Assembly: GCA_040326155.1 (NCBI GenBank)
Contig: JBEQLE010000009.1
Coordinates: forward strand, 12,399-76,398
Source of the DNA: Leptospirales bacterium
Lineage (GTDB): Bacteria > Spirochaetota > Leptospiria > Turneriellales > JAOUFE01
Direction of reading: 5' to 3'
Length of the DNA stretch: 64,000 nucleotides
A program made the position numbers and the translations under genes. The notes under the pieces are model-generated. The model did not search any database. It saw nothing but the letters and a program-made list of their open reading frames with translations, and was not told the origin of the DNA. Of the stretch, positions 41,133-50,606 are shown piece after piece. The first letter of the stretch is position 1, and each line of letters starts with the position of its first letter.

Positions 41133-41981
41133 TTATATAATCTGGGTTTCGCCTTCAAATACATCTTTGCAGGGTCCAGTCATATAAACATGGTTGTCTT
41201 TTTCAGACCAGTAAATTTCCAGAACGCCACCAAGCAGCTCAACTTTACTTTTTCGCTTGATTTTCCCACTCAAGACTCCGGCTACAACAGAAGCAGAAGC
41301 ACCTGTACCGCAGGCAAGAGTTTCTCCGACGCCTCGTTCCCAGGTTCTTTGCTTAATAACGTCTTCATCGAGCATCTGAATAAATTCTACATTAATACGG
41401 TTTGGAAAAAGAGAGTATGTTTCGATCATCGGGCCGTATTTGGCTACATCAAAGTCATCGACACTGTCGACCCAGATTACACAATGTGGGTTTCCAAGTG
41501 AGACAGCAGTAAATTCAAAAGTTTCCATTCCTTCCAGATAAACCTTTTCGTTTAAAACCTGTTTCTCTTCTTCACCGGGAGCGCATTGCATGGGAATTTG
41601 CGCCCTGCTTAATATGGGTTCGCCCATATCGGCTTTCACCCGGTACACTCTACCGTCGCGTACCATTAAAACTGTAGGGACAATTCCTTTTAGTGTTTCC
41701 ACCATAAGGTCTTGTTTGCTTGTTTTGCCCCTGTCGTATAAATATTTACCAAGACATCGCAAGGCATTACCGCACATTTCCGCTTCCGAACCATCCGGGT
41801 TGAAAATACGAATTAACACGTCAGCTTCAGGGTTTTCCGGCGGCATAATTAAAACCAGACCATCTGCGCCTATCCCGTAGTGTCGATCGCAAAGCAACCG
41901 AGCAGCCCGTGATGGGTTTTTCGGAATATCTTCCGTAAATAGATAGTCGTTGCCAAGGCCTTCAAGTTTTGCAAATCTCAT
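41133..41981 (-). CDS. dapF: Diaminopimelate epimerase
   Basis: GLGNDY, AEMCGNALRC, GNPH and ERGVGETLACGTG motifs. Confidence 0.96.
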   Translation of the reverse strand: MRFAKLEGLGNDYLFTEDIPKNPSRAARLLCDRHYGIGADGLVLIMPPENPEADVLIRIFNPDGSEAEMCGNALRCLGKYLYDRGKTSKQDLMVETLKGIVPTVLMVRDGRVYRVKADMGEPILSRAQIPMQCAPGEEEKQVLNEKVYLEGMETFEFTAVSLGNPHCVIWVDSVDDFDVAKYGPMIETYSLFPNRINVEFIQMLDEDVIKQRTWERGVGETLACGTGASASVVAGVLSGKIKRKSKVELLGGVLEIYWSEKDNHVYMTGPCKDVFEGETQII

Positions 41982-42130
41982 TCATTGCTCCTTTGTACCC
42001 CTGTAATGTTATTTAGGGGGAATTTTAAAAAAAATAATTGTAATATCGTTAAGAGGCATAAATCTGTCCTCGTGGGAATTTCAGCTAATCGCTTATTAAT
42101 TGAAAAATTGACTATGAAAGGATAAAATGT

Positions 42131-43027
42131 ATGAATGAGATAGACTTTCAAGAACTTTTTAAGTTGTATCATACCGGGGAAAAAGGTTCCCTCGAAAGGA
42201 AAAAAGCTCTTGAGACTTTGCACTGTTTTGTTTATGAATATCCCCATCGACGGTTTCGATCGGGACGAGAAATGGCTTCCGAGTTTTACATGGAAGTGTA
42301 TGAGCGCATAGAAACCTGGTTTCATGATTATGATATTAACTTTAATATCCCATTTTTAATATTTATAAATATTAAATTGAAAGGTGCCTTTTTCAATTAT
42401 ATACAAAAGGAAAAGGATTCACGTCTTGCCCTGAATTCAAACGAATTTTATGAAATAAATCCAGATGAGCGTTATGTTTCCTTATTTGGGGAACCATCTA
42501 TGGATTTGAAAGAACGAGATGAAGAAAATAATCGTTTAATTCAATATGGTTTACGTCAACTGAGTATGGATGAGCAAATAGCCGTCCGTCTTCATTATGG
42601 GTTTCCGTTGAAATTGAGTCATTTTCGCGCGTTACAGCGAAAGCATAAATCTTTTAGTTCTGTGGACGCTTATCGAAAATATCTGTATTTACTGGAAGGT
42701 CACTTCAGTAAAGAGAGCGCTGAAAAAGAAAAAATGTTTATGCAACTTGTAAAATGTGAAGTTCGCCATCGCCAGGGAAAAGGTATTATAGAATTTGCGG
42801 ACATACAGCGACAGAAAAGCAGGAAAAGCCGTTTACTTGTTCGTTTTAATCGGGTTGGTAAAGGTTTAAAGTTAAAAGTAATTGCCGAAGTGATGAACGA
42901 AAATCCTACTTATGTACATCGGCGGTTAAAGTCCGCAAAAACTTACCTGACAAGTTTGATTGTTCAAGAGAGACGATTCGAATGGGTCGATCCGGATGAT
43001 GGTGAAGATATAAAAAGAGCAGGGTAA
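42131..43027 (+). CDS. Sigma-70-like protein with a long insertion before the region-4 HTH
   Basis: Region-2-like N-terminus; LRQLSMDEQIAVRLHYG followed, after about 80 aa, by LKVIAEVM...YVHRRLKSAK. Confidence 0.6.
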   Translation: MNEIDFQELFKLYHTGEKGSLERKKALETLHCFVYEYPHRRFRSGREMASEFYMEVYERIETWFHDYDINFNIPFLIFINIKLKGAFFNYIQKEKDSRLALNSNEFYEINPDERYVSLFGEPSMDLKERDEENNRLIQYGLRQLSMDEQIAVRLHYGFPLKLSHFRALQRKHKSFSSVDAYRKYLYLLEGHFSKESAEKEKMFMQLVKCEVRHRQGKGIIEFADIQRQKSRKSRLLVRFNRVGKGLKLKVIAEVMNENPTYVHRRLKSAKTYLTSLIVQERRFEWVDPDDGEDIKRAG

Positions 43028-43384
43028 GCCGGATTTTGTTTCTCTTACCACTTTTAAAAAAAGTGATAAGGGATGACGACCATTTATCTTGTTCTGAATT
43101 TATACATTCAGGCTTGTTGCTTTCTACCCGCCCCGCGCCCGAAGGCGATGGAAACTTTCAGGGCTGCTTGAAATTGCACCGAAGGGGGTTTACCATGCCG
43201 TCTCTCTCTCGACAGACGCGGTGAGCTCTTACCTCACCTTTTCACCCTTACCTTTTACAAGGCGGTATACTTTCTGCGGCACTTTCCATAAATATCCGGA
43301 TTTCTCCGGCCTTCTGCTTCCTGGTGTCCGACTTTCCTCACTCCCCACCGGACTGGCGGGGCCGCGCGGCCGTCTTCTGCTCTG
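43015..43384 (-). ncRNA. rnpB: RNase P RNA (type A)
   Basis: Minus strand has GAGGAAAGUC, GGAAAGUGCCGCAGAAA, GGGUGAAAAGGUGAGGUAAGAGCUCACCG, GGUAAACCCC and ACAAAAUCCGGCUUA; P1 GAGCAG/CUGCUC. Confidence 0.95.
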
Positions 43385-43511
43385 GAAAATCATAACACAT
43401 AAATTAAATCTGTCAACCCGAAAACTTATTGTCATTGAGTAGAATAATATATAATTGTATCATCTTATTTGTAGAATTACTTTAGCCACAAAAGTATTTA
43501 GAATATATTTA

Positions 43512-44516
43512 ATGCCGACACATCGAACGTATACCAGAGAATTGAAAGACAATGCAATGAGAGGTTTTTCTTATATAGGCCTTGTGGTTATTCCTTTTGT
43601 TTCTTATTTATCATTTTCTATGAAGGATACGCTTTTTGGCATCTTTCAACTTGTCTTTTGGGGCATTTTGGTGGTGAACCTTGCTTTTATCAGCAGGGCC
43701 AGGTCGGCCAAATTGCCAGCCTTGGTTATTTTGCTGCCCCTATTTGCTTTACTGCAGTATATCGTTATAAACGGTACGTATTATTTTATGTACTGGATTT
43801 TTATTTTGCCTCCCATTTCCTTTTTCCTGTTGAATTTAAACACGGGGTTATTTCTAAATATTCTATTTATTTTTCTTTTTGGCGGCTTGCTTGGATATAA
43901 AACAAATTATTTTTCAGACCAACCTCAGGACGCGATAACAATAATTACAACTTATTTAACAATTAGTTCTGTAGCGTATTTTATGGAACGGTATAGAAGA
44001 AAAATTGTGGAAAGGTTGCGTGTAAGTTCTCATACTGATTTTTTAACTGGCATTGGAAATCGTCGGCATTTTCAGTTGAACTTGAAAAGGCAAATTAGTG
44101 TTGCTCAAAGTCAGAAACGACCATTTTCATTAATGATTCTAGATGCTGACCATTTTAAGGAAGTAAATGATACATACGGACACCCAGCAGGGGATAAGAT
44201 TTTAATTGACCTTGTCACTCTTATAAAAACTATACTCAGGAGCGAAGACGGTTTCTTTCGTGTTGGTGGTGAAGAGTTTGCGGTAATTTTTCCGGAGACT
44301 TCGATTGACGAAGCTCAGGTTATTGCTGAAAAGGTACGCAGCGAAGTTGCCGGCCATATTTTTGAACACAATATTACAATTACAATCAGCATAGGACTTG
44401 CAGAGTATGTTGATGGAGCGCAGCAGGAAGATTTATTTCAGGCAGCTGACCGGGCTTTATACCAGGCAAAGAAATCGGGTCGTAATCGTGTTGAATTATT
44501 TGTCTCTAAAAAATGA
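43512..44516 (+). CDS. Membrane-bound diguanylate cyclase
   Basis: Multi-TM N-terminus; DFLTGIGNRR, DADHFKEVND.YGH and GGEEF with RxxD I-site (RSED). Confidence 0.92.
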   Translation: MPTHRTYTRELKDNAMRGFSYIGLVVIPFVSYLSFSMKDTLFGIFQLVFWGILVVNLAFISRARSAKLPALVILLPLFALLQYIVINGTYYFMYWIFILPPISFFLLNLNTGLFLNILFIFLFGGLLGYKTNYFSDQPQDAITIITTYLTISSVAYFMERYRRKIVERLRVSSHTDFLTGIGNRRHFQLNLKRQISVAQSQKRPFSLMILDADHFKEVNDTYGHPAGDKILIDLVTLIKTILRSEDGFFRVGGEEFAVIFPETSIDEAQVIAEKVRSEVAGHIFEHNITITISIGLAEYVDGAQQEDLFQAADRALYQAKKSGRNRVELFVSKK

Positions 44517-44547
44517 ATATATTTTAATACAACAATAGGGGTTTATT

Positions 44548-44904
44548 ATGAAGAAGTATTTTACAATAATCGGGCTTGCTTTACTCTTTTTAAGTGGTAC
44601 GATGTTTTGTGGTAAAAAGATTAAACCAGTGGCAGTAAATGCACAAGAGGTTTTTAAGATTAATTGTCAAACATGCCATGGAGAATGGGGAGAGGGCGAT
44701 GGCCCCTTGAGTAACTCGACGGATGGAAAACCGCGAGATTATATTAAAGAAGGTTTTAAATACGGAAGAGACCGAGCAAGTGTTATCAAGAGTATTGAAA
44801 ACGGTTTTCCTGATAGCGGAATGCCTGGATACGGTGATAAATTATCGACAGCTGAAATTGATGCTGTGGCCGCATATACAATAAGGTTGTTTATACGCCA
44901 GTAA
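44548..44904 (+). CDS. Monoheme c-type cytochrome, probable lipoprotein
   Basis: CQTCH heme motif, distal Met in GMPGY, lipobox-like TMFC. Confidence 0.88.
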   Translation: MKKYFTIIGLALLFLSGTMFCGKKIKPVAVNAQEVFKINCQTCHGEWGEGDGPLSNSTDGKPRDYIKEGFKYGRDRASVIKSIENGFPDSGMPGYGDKLSTAEIDAVAAYTIRLFIRQ

Positions 44905-44917
44905 ACTTGAAAACAGT

Positions 44918-45460
44918 TCAGGCTAGAAAATCTCCGAGATTTTTTTCCATTTTTAAAAGTTTCGGAGAAATTACGGACGAGCAATATGGTTGGTCAGGGT
45001 TAGTATTGTAATAATTCTGGTGATTCTTTTCTGCTTTATAAAAAATGGTAAGTGGATTTAGTTCTGTAACTATGGGCCGGGCAAAATTCAGCGCATGTTC
45101 TGCAATTGATTTTTCAGCCGCAGACTTTTGATCTTCCTTGTGGTATAAAATAACCGAACGATATTGGGTTCCTAAATCGCCCCCCTGCCCGTCTTTTTGT
45201 GTAGGGTCATGTATTTTCCAGAAAATTGCTAGCAGGTCTTCATACGAAAGAATGTTTTCATCGTAATCAATTTGTATTACTTCAGCGTGTCCGGTTATTC
45301 CTGAGCAAACTTCCTGATATTCAGGGTTTTTTGTATGGCCTCCTGCATAACCGGAGACCACCTTTTTTACACCGCGCACCTTCTGGTAGGCAGCTTCCAG
45401 ACACCAGAAACAACCTCCGCCCAGAGTCGCTTTTTTTAATACGAGTGGTTTTTCGTTCAT
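44918..45460 (-). CDS. msrA: Peptide-methionine (S)-S-oxide reductase
   Basis: GGCFWC, GHAEV, HDPT, GTQYRS and HQNYY motifs. Confidence 0.96.
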   Translation of the reverse strand: MNEKPLVLKKATLGGGCFWCLEAAYQKVRGVKKVVSGYAGGHTKNPEYQEVCSGITGHAEVIQIDYDENILSYEDLLAIFWKIHDPTQKDGQGGDLGTQYRSVILYHKEDQKSAAEKSIAEHALNFARPIVTELNPLTIFYKAEKNHQNYYNTNPDQPYCSSVISPKLLKMEKNLGDFLA

Positions 45461-45621
45461 GGTATTGTTAGAGTATAATATATTTTTGAAATAGTGACTA
45501 CAATTCCTGAAACGATAATTAAACGCAGTTTTTTGTGTCGCCTTGTTAATAAATTGATACTTTATTCACAGATAATGAATTTACACTGATATGAATAATA
45601 ATAAATTGGTAGATAATAGAC

Positions 45622-45981
45622 ATGGGTACAAATAAAAAAATTCTAGTTGTTGATGATAGCATGATTGCCAGGATGTTTATTGTACGCCATATTGATGAGC
45701 TATATAAGAATTGGACAATTCTGGAAGCGGCTGGCGCAGAAGCAGCGCTTAAGATACTGGAAGAGTCTTCTGTTGACGTTATTTCGATTGACTACAATAT
45801 GCCAGGTTTAAATGGGTTAGAACTTGCTAAGAAAATTCAAGAATTATATTCATCGGTTAAAATTGCCCTTCTAACGGCCAATATTCAAGATACTATACGA
45901 AAAGAAGCGGAAGATATTGGGTTGGTTTTCCTGGAAAAACCAATAACAGCTGAAATTGTAAAAAAACTGGTTGAGTTATGA
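45622..45981 (+). CDS. Single-domain response regulator (CheY-like)
   Basis: VVDD, DYNMPG, T and KP receiver residues. Confidence 0.92.
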   Translation: MGTNKKILVVDDSMIARMFIVRHIDELYKNWTILEAAGAEAALKILEESSVDVISIDYNMPGLNGLELAKKIQELYSSVKIALLTANIQDTIRKEAEDIGLVFLEKPITAEIVKKLVEL

Positions 45982-46580
45982 TTAATATCACAGATTTACA
46001 GCGAGATGCAATTACAGAATCTATTAATATTAGTATGGGTAAAGCCGCCTCTACATTTAACTCGATGATTCAAGAACACATCGCTTTATCGGTACCAAAG
46101 ATAAACTTTGTTTCAAGTGAAGAGGCTCTTGATATATTACAATTACCGGAAGAGAAAGAAGTTTGTTATATAAAGCAACATTTTTCGGGTACGTATTTTA
46201 CATCTGAAGCAATGCTGGTTTTTGCCCAGGATGAAAGTTTGGAGCTAGTGAAACTTTTTCTCGGCGAAGAGACGTCGGTTGCCGATATGACGACTCTGGA
46301 ACATGAAGCCATGTCGGAAATTGGTAATGTTCTTTTAAATGCCTGTATTGGCAGTTTATCAAATATTTTAAAAGATCGTATTTCGGGTACTTTACCAATA
46401 TTTAGAAAATGTAAAGCCCAGACACTATTTTTAAACGAAAGGAAAGAAGAAGTAATTTTGTTAATTTTTGTCGACTTTGGCATTGAGTCAAAAGCAATTA
46501 AAGGTTATATTGTTTTAATACTTGAACTCGATTCTTTTATTAAATTCAAAGAACAGTTATTAAAAAATTTAATGGGATAA
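45978..46580 (+). CDS. CheC-family phosphatase-like protein
   Basis: DAITESINI and SEIGNV (E-x-x-N) motifs; ALSVP. Confidence 0.85.
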   Translation: MINITDLQRDAITESINISMGKAASTFNSMIQEHIALSVPKINFVSSEEALDILQLPEEKEVCYIKQHFSGTYFTSEAMLVFAQDESLELVKLFLGEETSVADMTTLEHEAMSEIGNVLLNACIGSLSNILKDRISGTLPIFRKCKAQTLFLNERKEEVILLIFVDFGIESKAIKGYIVLILELDSFIKFKEQLLKNLMG

Positions 46581-46581
46581 A

Positions 46582-47964
46582 ATGCTTCCAGTTTTAACAT
46601 TTCAAGATGTATTGGGTAATATACCGAATGGTATAATTATCATTGATGAGAACAGTAAGGTTTTGTTATGGAATTCCTGGATGGAATCTTATTCGGGGAT
46701 ATCTACGGAAAAAGCTCTCGGAACTGGTCTATTTACCCTTTTTCCGGAATTAAAAGAAGGACGTATCGGTATCGCCGTAAATACAGCGATTGAGAATTCA
46801 CAAAGTTCGTTTCTTTCTCACACAATTCACAAAGGGATATTCCCACTGTTTATAAAGCACCCCGGTGAAACAGAAAAAATCAGGGTTTGCCAGGATGTTC
46901 ATATCACATCAGCCCGGCAAGATAACGATACGTATTATGCGGTAATTATAATTGAAGATGTTTCTGTAGCGGTTATTAAAGAAAGAATGTTGAAAGAGCG
47001 GGCTCGAGAAGAGCATGAATTGAACGAGAAACTTATACAGGAAGTGAAGGAACGAAAACAGGTTGAAAAAGAACTTCGTTTAAGCGGCGCTGTCATGAAA
47101 GCGACGATGGACGGGGTAGTTATTACTGACAATAAGTCGAATATAATTTCGGTCAACCCTGCCTTTGGCCACATTACAGGATTTTCAACAGAAAATTTAA
47201 TTAATAAAAAAATAAGTATTTTAAAGTCAGGCAAGCATACTAAGGAATTCTATAAAAATTTATGGCGCACACTAACGACTGAGGGACAATGGAAAGGTGA
47301 ATTTATAAACAAAAAACCTGATGGAAAGTTGTTCACTGTAGAAGCTTCCATTACTTCGATAAAAGACAATACCGGCGCTACTCAAAACTATGTAAATGTA
47401 TTTCGTGATATAACTAAAAGAAAAAAAGATGAAGAACTTCTGAGAAAATTATCCAGTACCGATCCACTTACAGAACTGGCCAACCGCAGGGCATTTGACG
47501 AAGCATTTGAACGCGAGTGGCGACGAGGGTTACGTCATTCTCACCTTGTGGGAATTGCGTTGATTGATGTTGATTTTTTTAAACGTTATAATGACTTTTA
47601 CGGACATCCTGCTGGCGATAAATGTTTGCAACAGATTGCCGACATCTTGAAAAATATTATCAAGCGTGCCGATGACATTGTGTCCAGATACGGGGGAGAA
47701 GAGTTTGTGGTTATATTTACTCAAAATGACCCTGATGGTATTTTCAAATTGATTGAGTCTGTTCACAAAGATATTCACGAACTGAAAATACCTCATAATA
47801 ATTCGAATACAAGTAAATATGTAACCATTAGTTCGGGTATATCATGGGTAATACCCGATTCCAAACACTCTGCGGAACAACTGTTAGAGGCCGCAGACAA
47901 GGCGTTATACGAAGCCAAAGAGAAAGGTCGAGACAGAATTGTAGTCAAACCATTCTCTGAGTAG
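46582..47964 (+). CDS. PAS-PAS-GGDEF diguanylate cyclase
   Basis: Two PAS domains; DPLTELANRR; RADDIVSRYGGEEF. Confidence 0.93.
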   Translation: MLPVLTFQDVLGNIPNGIIIIDENSKVLLWNSWMESYSGISTEKALGTGLFTLFPELKEGRIGIAVNTAIENSQSSFLSHTIHKGIFPLFIKHPGETEKIRVCQDVHITSARQDNDTYYAVIIIEDVSVAVIKERMLKERAREEHELNEKLIQEVKERKQVEKELRLSGAVMKATMDGVVITDNKSNIISVNPAFGHITGFSTENLINKKISILKSGKHTKEFYKNLWRTLTTEGQWKGEFINKKPDGKLFTVEASITSIKDNTGATQNYVNVFRDITKRKKDEELLRKLSSTDPLTELANRRAFDEAFEREWRRGLRHSHLVGIALIDVDFFKRYNDFYGHPAGDKCLQQIADILKNIIKRADDIVSRYGGEEFVVIFTQNDPDGIFKLIESVHKDIHELKIPHNNSNTSKYVTISSGISWVIPDSKHSAEQLLEAADKALYEAKEKGRDRIVVKPFSE

Positions 47965-48037
47965 AGTCAGTATTTAAATACTTTCTTTTTCTATATTCCT
48001 GTTCCAGGAACATTCGGCGTCGGGGTTTTAATTACTC

Positions 48038-49123
48038 CTATTGCTGCGCTTGTATGAAAAATTCCATTGTAATCGGGTTGCCGGCATTCCCGAAGCTCTC
48101 CACTTCAAATACCAGATATTGACCATTTGCACTAATGGACATACTTTTACTTCGATTTCCATCGGTTTTTACGGACTGAATCTCTTTAGCCGACTCGATG
48201 TCCCAGAATCGAAACCGGGTTCCTTTTTCAAAAGCGCTCGACACGACTTGTTTACCGTTTGGTGTAAATTTTACTGAATTTACAAAAGAGGAATGACCTT
48301 TTAATTCCGTAATGACTTTTTTTGTATCCAGATTCCATACCAATATTTCGTTACCCGATTTTTCATTGCCTCCGCCGGAAACCATGAATTTCGCATCTTG
48401 TGTAAAGTCGATAGCGTATGTGTCGGTCTTGGTAGGAAAGAAATCGGTTTTGGAAGTTTCAGTATTGTAGAATAGAATTCCCCTCTTTTTGTTTACCATT
48501 GCGATTGCCAGTACTTTCGATTTCGGTAAAAATTTAATCTGAGTGGCGGTCCATTCTTCATATGATTTAGTGGACCAAATTGTTTTTATACTTCCTTTAT
48601 CAATGTCGATGAGCTGAGCGGCCCCTTTAACTCTTTCATAGCTACCCGCTACAGCGATGAATTTTCCATCGGATGAAAAATCGATGGTATCAGGTGTGCA
48701 TAAAATGTTATAGTTTGCAACAAGTTTATTTTGTTCTACTTCCCAGACCGTAACCATTGACTTTTTGGTTTTAGTGTCATACATTCCAGCCGCAATATAT
48801 TTACCTGTTGGCGAAAACGTCATAGAATATATAATACGTTCTGGAGTACTGTGGGCTTTAATGACACCCATTTGTTTCCAGGTATCAATATTTTGAAAGA
48901 CAATCGTGTTCGGCCACTTAGCCATAGCCACTGCCTTCACTCTTGGATGAAATAGGTTTGCGCGACTTACAATCTCGTCGTATCTTTTAACTTGAAGCGG
49001 TTTCGTTTCGTAAACCACAGAAGCAGCAAAAAGGCCGACGCTCACCCCAGATAAAACCAGAGTAGAAATAAAGAATTTATTTAACTGGAAAATTTTTATG
49101 GAAAAAAGTTCCGTTTTGAACAT
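48038..49123 (-). CDS. Exported WD40-repeat beta-propeller protein
   Basis: Repeats FSPTGKYIA, FSSDGKFIA and LKGHSSFVNSVKFTPNG...FWD; signal peptide. Confidence 0.88.
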   Translation of the reverse strand: MFKTELFSIKIFQLNKFFISTLVLSGVSVGLFAASVVYETKPLQVKRYDEIVSRANLFHPRVKAVAMAKWPNTIVFQNIDTWKQMGVIKAHSTPERIIYSMTFSPTGKYIAAGMYDTKTKKSMVTVWEVEQNKLVANYNILCTPDTIDFSSDGKFIAVAGSYERVKGAAQLIDIDKGSIKTIWSTKSYEEWTATQIKFLPKSKVLAIAMVNKKRGILFYNTETSKTDFFPTKTDTYAIDFTQDAKFMVSGGGNEKSGNEILVWNLDTKKVITELKGHSSFVNSVKFTPNGKQVVSSAFEKGTRFRFWDIESAKEIQSVKTDGNRSKSMSISANGQYLVFEVESFGNAGNPITMEFFIQAQQ

Positions 49124-49171
49124 TAGATTACTCCTGAAGCAAATTTATTGTATATAATGTTAACTTAGATT

Positions 49172-49615
49172 TTACCGTACAGCTGGCAAGTATGATTTTA
49201 GTAACGTTGGAAGGGAGCGTGGCAGAGCTGGAAACAGGTTCATCAACATGGATCTATTATCGATGTTGATATAATCGCCGCTGCTTTCCCGAAAACCAAG
49301 GTTTCGAGCATGGCTTGCTCCCCGGTTTTGTACGAACGTGCCATGGAGTCGGCCCGGCATGATGTCTAGTGTGAAGACGATGGGCAACTCCTTCCGACCA
49401 AAGAACTGAACGAACTCGACAGAGACGTTTTCCTTTAAGAGGTAATGGGCATGGGCAGGTTTTCCGTCATGCAACAGAATAAAGTGAAGTTCGAATTGCG
49501 CAGGGTCAAGCTCCCTTGCGATCCATTCGAATGATAACCGACATTTTCGCTTTTTGTTTGGAACAGCTTTAGGGGGTTTCCCCCCACGTATTTTACTGGA
49601 TGTATTTCGCCGCAC
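49172..49615 (-). pseudogene. Mosaic of glycosyltransferase fragments
   Basis: GT4-like N-terminal piece (FEWIARELDPAQFELHFILL) joined to a GT2 piece (QNRGASHARNLGFRESSGDYI); no complete domain; GC looks higher than the flanks. Confidence 0.5.
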
Positions 49616-49736
49616 TCTCTGCTTTTTTGCAGAGTATGGTTGAGTTTAACACTTACGCACCCCAGAGTCATTTTGTATTGACAACACAAACAAAGGAATT
49701 AGGATGCTTGTTGTTGCATATTATTTTGTTTGATCT

Positions 49737-50579
49737 ATGAATACAAAAGAAAGTATAAAATGGTACAAAGCCCCCTTGTTTTTTTTGGTATCGATATGGA
49801 AAGAAAGAACCAGAATAACATATATGGTGAAGGCAGATATTAAAAACCAGTATATTCAATCCTATATGGGTATTTTCTGGGCTTTCTTTAAGCCAGTATT
49901 GATGACTGTAGTTATTTCAGTTGTGTTTTCTCTGGGACTTCGAGGAGCAGGTAGAGTCGTATCCGGAGATCAACCTTTTATAGTATATTTCCTTGCAGGT
50001 TATGTATCATGGATATTTTTTTCAGGAATGATTACAGCAAGTGTGACTTCAATCAGTTCATATGGATTTCTAATTAAGAAAGTGGATTTCCCACTATTCA
50101 TTTTGCCGGTCGTTAAAATGGGATCATTATTTTTTGTTCACTTGGCGCTTGTATCGGTTCTGCTTTTTACAATTTATTTGAACGGCGTGCAGATGCATTG
50201 GTACTGGATTCAGATTTTTTATTATATGTTCTGTGCCATAATTTTTCTTATAGGACTGTCATGGACATTAGCTTCCGCAACTATTTTTATACCCGATTTG
50301 AATCAAGCGGTTCCAGTAATAATTCAATTGATGTTTTGGACGACTCCAATTTTCTGGGAGCTTAGTCGATTCCCAGACTGGGCTAAAATAATTATAAAAA
50401 TGAATCCGGCATATTATATTGTGAGCGGGTACAGAGACTCTTTAATCTACCAAACCGGTTTCTGGGAACACACATATTTATCCCTTTATTTCTGGACTAT
50501 TACGGTGGTGTTTTTATTTATTGGCGCTATCACATATCGAAATACAAGACCACACTTTGCCGAAGTCGTTGATTCATGA
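49737..50579 (+). CDS. wzm: Polysaccharide ABC exporter permease (Wzm/TagG type)
   Basis: SYMGIFWAFFKP, LIKKVDFP, FWTTPIFW and NPAYYIVSGYRD motifs; about 6 TM helices. Confidence 0.9.
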   Translation: MNTKESIKWYKAPLFFLVSIWKERTRITYMVKADIKNQYIQSYMGIFWAFFKPVLMTVVISVVFSLGLRGAGRVVSGDQPFIVYFLAGYVSWIFFSGMITASVTSISSYGFLIKKVDFPLFILPVVKMGSLFFVHLALVSVLLFTIYLNGVQMHWYWIQIFYYMFCAIIFLIGLSWTLASATIFIPDLNQAVPVIIQLMFWTTPIFWELSRFPDWAKIIIKMNPAYYIVSGYRDSLIYQTGFWEHTYLSLYFWTITVVFLFIGAITYRNTRPHFAEVVDS

Positions 50580-50606
50580 CTGGCTCGAAACGAAGTAACC
50601 ATTCAT

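Noticed and set aside
43036..43442. Three short ORFs (62-73 aa)
   Set aside because: They overlap the RNase P RNA gene and are shadow frames.
49138..49165. dif-like site (TGTATA spacer plus TAATGTTAACT XerD-like arm)
   Set aside because: The XerC arm (AGCAAATTTAT) does not match, and the position fits the promoter region of the WD40 gene.
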